Assembly (NCBI GenBank): GCA_963714275.1
Contig: CAVQNT010000002.1
Location: 192,001-256,000 of the forward strand
Direction: 5' to 3'
Origin: Candidatus Bathyarchaeota archaeon
GTDB taxonomy: Archaea > Thermoproteota > Bathyarchaeia > Bathyarchaeales > DTEX01
DNA: 64,000 nucleotides
Shown: positions 56,756 through 64,000 of the stretch, one piece after another
Layout: each line of letters opens with the position of its first letter
Position numbering within the stretch: position 1 is the stretch's first letter
Program-made: the position numbers and the translations under genes
The notes under the pieces: model-generated
What the model saw: the letters and a program-made list of their open reading frames with translations, nothing else
Told to the model about the DNA's origin: nothing
The model's database searches: none

Positions 56756-56922
56756 TTAATCTCTCCTTCTTTTTGATTCTCAAAAAGGTAAGTTATCGCA
56801 TCGTTCGGTATCTGGTGTTTTTGTCTTTTTCTTTGAAGTTCGCCAGCTAATGAGGTTAAACGTCGATGGTTCTCTTCAGTAACCTTGACGGTAACTTTTG
56901 CTACATTTTCTCCTTTAGGCAA
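56752..56922 (-). CDS. Small ribbon-helix-helix-like protein (56 aa, below ORF-track cutoff)
   Basis: MPKGENVAKVTVKVTEENHRRLTSLAGELQ...PNDAITYLFE; TGA overlaps the next ATG. Confidence 0.6.
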   Translation of the reverse strand: MPKGENVAKVTVKVTEENHRRLTSLAGELQRKRQKHQIPNDAITYLFENQKEGEIK

Positions 56923-57049
56923 TTATACTACCTTTTCTCCTTTGTGTATATGGTACCACGTACTACTTAACATTTGCCAGCTGAGCTACACAGCCAGAAT
57001 CCAAGACGTTATTGTTCTTTATCTGTTGATAAATTCATCCGCAATTTTA

Positions 57050-57277
57050 TTAATTTCGGAAATACTTTTTTTTATATTCTTCCCATGATCTATCTATATC
57101 TAATTTATCTTTAGATTGTTCTCCAGAAATAAGTCTTTGAGGAAAATATGGGAATGTGTCAATTTTTCCAAAGACATCATTTTTCAAAATATTCTCCTTT
57201 GAAAGATTAAGATATTTTCTCTCAACTCGAATTATGGATTCAGTTGGTTCATCGCTTTTCATGGTCTCTCTAATCAC
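57050..57277 (-). CDS. Hypothetical protein
   Basis: 75 aa ORF in island orientation. Confidence 0.4.
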   Translation of the reverse strand: MIRETMKSDEPTESIIRVERKYLNLSKENILKNDVFGKIDTFPYFPQRLISGEQSKDKLDIDRSWEEYKKKYFRN

Positions 57278-57380
57278 TTAATTTATGTTAGTAAAGATTT
57301 AACATTTCACTAAGGTAAGAAGTTAAAAAGTTTTAGAATTATTGTTTGTGTTATCTTAATTCTTATGATTTATTATTGTA

Positions 57381-58031
57381 TCAAGTACAATTTGATTCTA
57401 GAAAACAAATTAACCCTATATCAGTAAAGATTCTTTCTATAGCATTAACTCCTTCCCAAAATTTCGATATGAAATTGTCTATGTCAATAAGACTGTGGTT
57501 TGATTTTCTTCTAATTTCTCCTGAACCATTAATAGTGAACTTTAAATGTGCAATGATGTTTCTTACTTCTCGGTTGATGAATAGATTAAATAAGGAAATA
57601 CCCTCGCTCTTTAGGAATTCTATTTTATCGCTCAGATCAAGTTGTCCTAATTCTTCAAAGTTCGTGACGTGTTTTATTAAATGACCTCTCGTGTGGATCT
57701 CCCGCTTGTTGATTATCAAAAGAAATAGAACCATTTCTATTAATGTGACTCCTAGACTTTCAACAAGCCCCATATAAGCAAGCATTTTACTCATAGACTT
57801 AACTTTCTCATCATTATATGTAATTTCGGTCTTTAGATTTTTAAGAATATTAGATATATTTTGGGCTTCTTTCCATTTGTTATAAAACTCCTTACAATGA
57901 TCTAAAAAAAGTTTATGAGAAGTAGGAGTTTCTCCCCCGGGACGAGGAAATTTTACAGGCTCGAACAAAGTTCGAAGTTTAGCTTCAGCTTTTCGGTATT
58001 CCATAGATTCGTAAATTGGTTGATGACTCAT
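57381..58031 (-). CDS. HEPN-like protein
   Basis: Helical protein with RNIIAH (RxxxxH) motif. Confidence 0.6.
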   Translation of the reverse strand: MSHQPIYESMEYRKAEAKLRTLFEPVKFPRPGGETPTSHKLFLDHCKEFYNKWKEAQNISNILKNLKTEITYNDEKVKSMSKMLAYMGLVESLGVTLIEMVLFLLIINKREIHTRGHLIKHVTNFEELGQLDLSDKIEFLKSEGISLFNLFINREVRNIIAHLKFTINGSGEIRRKSNHSLIDIDNFISKFWEGVNAIERIFTDIGLICFLESNCT

Positions 58032-58051
58032 ATTATATTCCTTATTTATAA

Positions 58052-59724
58052 TTAAAAACTTATTTTAAGAAGTCTTTTTATTTCTTCAATAAGCCATTTT
58101 TGCCTTTTCTTAACTTCTTTTTCCGTCCAATCAGATTCTTTAATTATTTTTTTGGTAATTTCAAAAGAAGTTATTCCATCAAAACCTTTGCCTTTATATA
58201 TTCTTCTTTTTTTCGGAAATTCATCATTACTTGCTCTAATATTTTTACTACCTGATAGTAGTGTTAGGTTTCCTATGTTATCCAGCCACAGTTCTGATTT
58301 TTCTTTTGACCATCTATTTTTCCAATAGGGAATCTTATCCCATTCTTCAGGAAGAATATGATCAGCATGAAGGTTTCTACTATACTCTATAAATACGGAT
58401 TCATCTGTTTGCCCATATTCAATTAGGATTAACAATGGTTTCAGCCAAGAATTTCTATAAGCGTCATCGTCTAGGTTCTCTTTAATCCATTTTAATACAT
58501 TATCCTCCTTTATTTTTTTAACAATTTCATCCTTTATTCTAATAAGTGAGGCTCCCTTTTTTACCAAATTTATGAGTTTAAAAGAGAAATCTCTTGTTTT
58601 TGCTGTCGTATAATTTGCAATCCAGTAAGAATAGTATAATCTTCTTAGCTCTTCGCATAATCTGTTATATTGTGGTAAATCGCTTCTCTTTGCGGCAACA
58701 AGTATGGTTTTCCAAAATACTGTGTCTGGTAGATTTCGTAAGCAATAAATTATTTTTGACTTTTGATTCAATATCTCATCATACTGCTCGGAAAATAGTT
58801 TAAATTCATGAACCACTTTTGTTGGGTCTTTCCTTTTAACTATTTTTTCCAATTCTTCGTATAATGACTTTTTGGGTTTACTCGCGAGTAAATAGTATAC
58901 ATAATATGTAAGGAGGTCGGATACTGATTCATCATTATTATCAGCAATATTTTCAATTTCTCGCCAGGATACTATGAACTGAGTGCGCCTTTTGGTTTCT
59001 TCTATCCTGCTCAATAAGGCACTCTTGGTCAAGTCAGCAAGACTTAATTCTAATCCTCGTGTGTTCAAAGTTTGGAATAACTTAATCGCAGACACTCTAT
59101 TTGAACAAGTAATAGTAACCATTACCACATTTTCTAGTATATAATGTATGAGTTCTTTTATTTGGCTAATTCCTGACTTCTTATGAAGCTTAGTCTAACC
59201 TATTCTTGAAAATTACAGCAGCATTCATAAATTTAAATTTAGGTTTCCTTTTCTCTTTCTGAGTAAGATCGTTCTTTGGAAGTATGGTTTTTTCAAGTAT
59301 TTCCTGTTCAAATGGAATTTGGTACTGAGTCTGAGTTATAAGTCTTAACCTATATTTCTTGTCAACCATACTCTTAATAGCGTTATGAATTTGGTTTGTT
59401 AGCAACTCATCTTTCCCCTTTAAAATTCTTAGGTGAAAGTCTCTTAAAACACAAAAAAGAATTGTCAATGAAGTAAGTCTTTGTTGCCCATCGATTACTT
59501 CAAGATTTCCATCTTCAGTCTGAGCTAATATTAAAGGTCCCAAAAAATAATACAGATCCTTACTCTCAAAAGACTGAATAAATATCTTCCCACAATTGTC
59601 CAATTTCATCATCTCCCCAATTATAAGGTCTCTGATAATCAGGTATTTGGTAATAATTTGTGCCATCAAAAATAGCTCTTACTGTCTTTGTATCAGGTTT
59701 AAAATCACCCAGTGTTTTACTCAT
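58052..59724 (-). CDS. GmrSD-type modification-dependent restriction enzyme (DUF262 + DUF1524 HNH; frameshifted)
   Basis: IPDYQRPYNW from ATG 59724, DGQQR, FQTLNTRG, DHILP..IGNLTLL...N. Confidence 0.9.
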
Positions 59725-60087
59725 AAATTACACCCTCTCTTGAGCTTCCTTATCCACTTAGTTCTACAATTACTGATTGGTTTATCATGGATTTTATGAT
59801 GTCTTGGTATGTTTGTATTTTACTTGTTATAGATATGATAATCATTCGATATAGCCCCATAAAAAAGGAACACTTGCACCTATTAATAAATTATGAACGA
59901 TAGAAATCCAGATATCAGGTTATTATATAAAATTCAGACGTAATGGAAGAACATCAAAAACAGCAATTGTAAAGCTTGACCCTATTTCGAAAATCAAGAC
60001 AGTGGTCTTGAACATCCCAGATATTTATTTTAAAGACCAACCTGAGCTTAGGATGCTCCTAAAACAGAAACTTGACCCCGTATTTCA

Positions 60088-61708
60088 TTAAGTTAAACTG
60101 CATTTCTTACATATTTTTGTTTTCCGAATGAAACCAGTGGTAATAACGCAATTTGGGCATACAAATGTTCCACATTTGTCGCAAGTCACACCATGGTCCT
60201 TGCCATATTGAGTGTTGCATATGGGGCATGTGACTATACATAGATTACAAATAGCGGAGTTGCAGAAGGGGCATGTTTGAGTTATGTGTTCTTTACAGAA
60301 TCGGGTTTGGCACGAGCTGCATTCTACTCCGTGTTCTTCACATAGCCATTTGCCACATGTAGGACATCGTTTTACATGTTCTTCGCATAAACTTTGTCCG
60401 CAGATTTCGCATACAGCGACTGTTTTCTTGGAGGTGATTGTTAAAGCTGCCAATTTATAATGTTTGGGACAATTGCTTAATGTATCCTCTAGTATCGTAC
60501 CTGAACATGCCAGTATCTCTTTTGCATAAGTCTGTTCCAAAAGAGTCAAAATCAACTGACCATCTTGGGACGACAACGATGTCTCTCAGATTTATTCTAA
60601 TATCGGCTCTCTTTGGGATATATTTTATTGCCCTTATCTCTGGAAGTATATATTCTCCCTTGGTCTTTGGATAATAGGTAATTGTTTGGGTATTTTTTTC
60701 TATGATAAAATCATAGCCCATCCTTTCCGCTTGTCCAGGTGTGACAACGGGTTTTACCTTGTTGACTTGGTAATCATTTTCTTTGCTATGAATATATTTT
60801 CTTCTCTGATCATAACTTCTTAATTCTTGAAGTAATTTCTTGTTTCTTTGATTTTCAGCACGTACCCTTTTAGAAGTGACAAGTTTAATAGTTTTTTCAA
60901 GTACACCTACACCTTTAGATGGCATGGGATTTATAATGCTACCATCTAATGCATCAATAAATAAAGTTTCTCTATCATCAAACCTATGCAATTTTTTTGT
61001 AGGATCTTTGAATTGAGCCTTAAAAGTATATTCAATTATAAAATAGGGGTGACAAATAAGTTCAACATTGCTTATTTGTATCTTGTCTTTATTTTGTAGA
61101 TCCATAAATGTCGCATGATTAAAATCAATATTCAATGGCAAAGCATATTCTAAAGTAAACGATTGCCCTATTCGACTTTCATCACGCCCCACGGAAAGTG
61201 TAAGCCATTTTTCTGAGATTTCATCCCGTTCCCACGTTTCTATTTTATTATGTTGTGCAAATTGAGACGCCTCGCTTGTAAACCCACTGATAGAAACAAA
61301 AATTCCGTTCCATCTAAGGTCTAAATCTTGCAGCTTCTGAGAGAAATCCCTAACCTTATCAATACCAACTGGATCTGAATAATTTTTACACTCAACAGCA
61401 ATTATTCTACCAGACTTCTTTGCAATGATATCAATTTCACTTTTAGTCCCACTCTTCCCTTCTAATCTCCTTCTTCTTTCTGTCTCAAAGCCTCTTGCTT
61501 GAAAAATTTTCTCAACCACTTCTTCAAGCCTATTTCCAAGTTCATAAATACTTGTTGTCAGCTCTTCCTCTTCTTCATGAGGTACCTTTTCTTCAATGGT
61601 TGCTTCTTCTAAAATGGTTGGTACTTGAAGAGCATATCCGCACTCAGAGCAGAATTTAACGTCTGTAATTGCTAATTTTACGCCACAATTAGGACAATAC
61701 TTGGGCAA
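60088..61708 (-). CDS. Zinc-ribbon plus Mrr-like restriction nuclease plus Cys-rich repeat tail (one frameshift)
   Basis: CPNCG..FCSECG; LEE..EIDI..VECKNY..GFT; C-terminal CxxC..LCxxH repeats. Confidence 0.8.
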
Positions 61709-61843
61709 TTGTTTCCCCTAAATCATTCATATCAATAGAAATAAAAGATTTATGAACAATCACACATTTTTACTAAAGAAAGAATTATGAAGATACCTCT
61801 CTCCCTTTGTTATCACAAACTGCTTCATTGTCATTAGAAACTG

Positions 61844-62187
61844 CTACATTAGTTTCTCGACTTCCTTTTCCGAGACCAAATAGACATTAATATTTAGTTT
61901 TCCTATAGAATGTTCAATTGCCTTCACATAACGCCTATAGTTAGGTGTTAAGACTAATGCGTATTCTTTTGTATCATCCTTCATATACCGCATGAGCTGC
62001 CAATTGCAGTTCCTAAATTCACATCTAGTGCAGTCGTGTCTCCTTTAATTTCAATAATTAATTCTTTTCCAGATTTCTTAGCAATTACATCTGGACCCCG
62101 TTTCTTTCCTGGGTGCGTTTCAACTATCTGGTATCCTCTGTTAGTGAGATAGGCAACTATTCTTCCTAGCATTTCACTTTCTTTCAA
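61844..62187 (-). CDS. Small PD-(D/E)XK nuclease (one frameshift)
   Basis: E..GPDVIA..IIEIKG..AIGQLMRY, continuing to stop at 61844. Confidence 0.72.
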
Positions 62188-62390
62188 TCTTGACCCTTCT
62201 TGCTGTGGTGTCTAGCATAAATCTCTAAGATTTCTTTTTTGAATTTTTGTAAACCATAATCCGAAAGAGTAGTCTTAAATTTAGCACCTTTCTCAGCACA
62301 GACTATAGTTAGATTGGTTGTTATCTTTGCGTTACCACAAGGAAAAATGTCCAGCTTGATTTGTATAGTCTTTTCCGATATCTTAATCAT
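62184..62390 (-). CDS. Hypothetical protein
   Basis: GGAGGT RBS; overlaps the next gene. Confidence 0.55.
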   Translation of the reverse strand: MIKISEKTIQIKLDIFPCGNAKITTNLTIVCAEKGAKFKTTLSDYGLQKFKKEILEIYARHHSKKGQD

Positions 62391-62440
62391 GCCTGTACCT
62401 CCCTATAATTAGCTAAACATTAATTAACCTATTATATGAA

Positions 62441-63354
62441 TTGGAATATTTAGGAATGGTTTTTTTGAGAATTCCAGTTCTGTGTTTTCCTTGGACTTGC
62501 TGGAAATGTCATGAGGAGATGAGGGTTACATATCCTTGCTCTGAAGATGTCTACAAAACAGAACTTAGAGGTAACCTTGCACCAACATATAGTATGACTC
62601 AAAGATCAGACGTAATCGGAAATATATGTCCGCATTGTAGGGCTTACCAAGGCAACTTCTTTGTATGGGACGATTGTATTATTGGACATGCTTACGATTT
62701 AAAGAACTACATTGTTGGTTATCTTGATGTCAAAGTTAATTGCTTGATTTGCAAAAAAACGATTGATAGGGCTTCTATAAAAGAAGACTGGGACTTACTA
62801 AGCTTTTACGAGGACTACTACAATATCCAAAACTTACCTCCAAAGAATAAGGAAGAATCATATGAAGCAAGAATTGAAGTCTTAGATCCTGATTGGCTCT
62901 GCGATTCGTGCCTAAGAATCGAATCCGAAAAAGAAGAAAAATCCAAAAAGAAGAAGACCGTCAAATTGAAGAAGACAGAATCCGCCGAATAAGAAAGGGA
63001 CCATTAATCTTATGCCCTATATGTAAAAAGAATACCAGAGAGAATCCTGAAATGATCTTTGTAGATCACCATGTATCATATTCTCCAGAGGAAAAATTAA
63101 TGGTTTGTTCAAGTTGTCACATGAAAATACATCACAGCAATTCTTACCCCAATTTTAAGCCAATAGATGAAAGAGTTACTGAGGAACAAAAGAAAAAGCG
63201 TGAGAGACGAAAAAATATTCGGTTAATAAGAGAGGGAAAGTTGTCAATTGATGAATATTGCTACATGTGCGGAGAAAAATTTGAGAAAGACAAGGCTTTT
63301 ACTTTTGTAAATGGAACGAAAGTCCATACTGATTGCTTATGGCAGACAGTATAA
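62441..63354 (+). CDS. Multi-zinc-finger protein with HNH-like domain (one frameshift)
   Basis: CWKC, CPHC, CLIC; CPIC..DHHVSY.PE...VCSSCHMKIH. Confidence 0.68.
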
Positions 63355-63500
63355 TTAATTATTCAAAAAGTTTGAACAGTGGAATGCGCTCGAAAAATCA
63401 ATAAACAAAATATTGCCCCTAAAGGATAGCAAAATCAGAACATACAAACTCATAAACACAGATGATCTAGGCCAACTTGCGTCTTTTACATGAACAGTTT

Positions 63501-63510
63501 GCACTGATTA
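63501..63510 (+). repeat. Putative attR core GCACTGATTA
   Basis: Identical to 50531-50540. Confidence 0.75.
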
Positions 63511-63560
63511 AAAAATATTAAAAGAATTAGATATTTTGTTTAGTTTTAGACTGACACCCT

Positions 63561-63830
63561 CTATTTAATTTCGATGAGTTGCATGGCTTCGTGGAAGTAG
63601 TTGAGCACGTTCATGCCTTTGTCTGTGATCTTGTAAGTTATGTGGCTACCTAACTCTTCGGAAGTAATCAGCTTTTGCTCCATCATTGTATCGAGAACAT
63701 GCTTAAGAGGTTTCCAGGAAAGGTTAGTCCGATACATGATTCGTGTAGGCTTGTTGACGCCTTTCTTTATTGCCTGTAAGATGTCGAGGTAAATTTCAAT
63801 CCGTGAACGTTTAGTACTCACATTAAACAC
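63561..63830 (-). CDS. Winged helix-turn-helix protein (archaeal HTH_45-like)
   Basis: KRSRIEIYLDIL...PTRIMYRTNLSW...YKITDKG. Confidence 0.88.
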   Translation of the reverse strand: MFNVSTKRSRIEIYLDILQAIKKGVNKPTRIMYRTNLSWKPLKHVLDTMMEQKLITSEELGSHITYKITDKGMNVLNYFHEAMQLIEIK

Positions 63831-64000
63831 CTATTAGCTCACTAGTTTTTTCTTATTGAGTTTTAACCGAGAAACACATGTAGTACCATTTAACATTAAG
63901 ATTATGAACCAAAGGGACAGACGTTGAATATTTCTTAAGGGTCGCTAACAATGTGAAACTAGTTAATTACACCTTTACATAACACAAAAAATTATTTAAA

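Larger units (their letters stand above)
50531..63510. mobile_element. Integrated defence island (element 2), 12,980 bp, bounded by GCACTGATTA direct repeats
   Basis: Exact 10-mer at 50531-50540 and 63501-63510; intact integrase at left end; AT-rich RM/nuclease cargo. Confidence 0.85.

Noticed and set aside
61929-61950. Inverted repeat TAACGCCTA-TAGT-TAGGTGTTA resembling an attC or dif site
   Set aside because: It lies inside the frameshifted coding tail (LTPNYRRYV) of the small nuclease, and no similar sites were found between other island genes, so there is no support for an integron.

Overview
Archaeal chromosome segment, most likely Bathyarchaeia. This is an inference from archaeal rpl10e, pyrI/pyrB, RNase HII, ATP-dependent ligase, a BHB-intron tRNA, a corrinoid protein and a CdvA-like coiled-coil. 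Many conserved genes are split by single-base indels, consistent with uncorrected long-read errors, so they are reported as joined CDSs. The core regions carry housekeeping and sugar/methyl-metabolism genes: GH2, GH9, galT/galK, Zn-dependent dehydrogenases, a UroD/MtaA-like protein, a corrinoid protein, ppsA, a lactonase and an active-site-remodelled enolase. Two integrase-led elements interrupt the core. (1) About 32.4-40.4 kb: a small virus-like element with a tyrosine recombinase whose first catalytic Arg is replaced by Asp, an unannotated two-helix hydrophobic hairpin protein resembling spindle-shaped virus capsid proteins, and a ParB-domain protein with 11-mer amphipathic repeats. (2) 50531-63510: a 13 kb AT-rich defence island bounded by the exact direct repeat GCACTGATTA. 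It encodes an N6-MTase plus separate nuclease pair, GmrSD, HEPN, Mrr-like and HNH proteins. Also notable are a tRNA-Arg with two introns (one at position 9/10) and a deletion scar fusing the E1-alpha start to the E2 end of a 2-oxoacid dehydrogenase operon.
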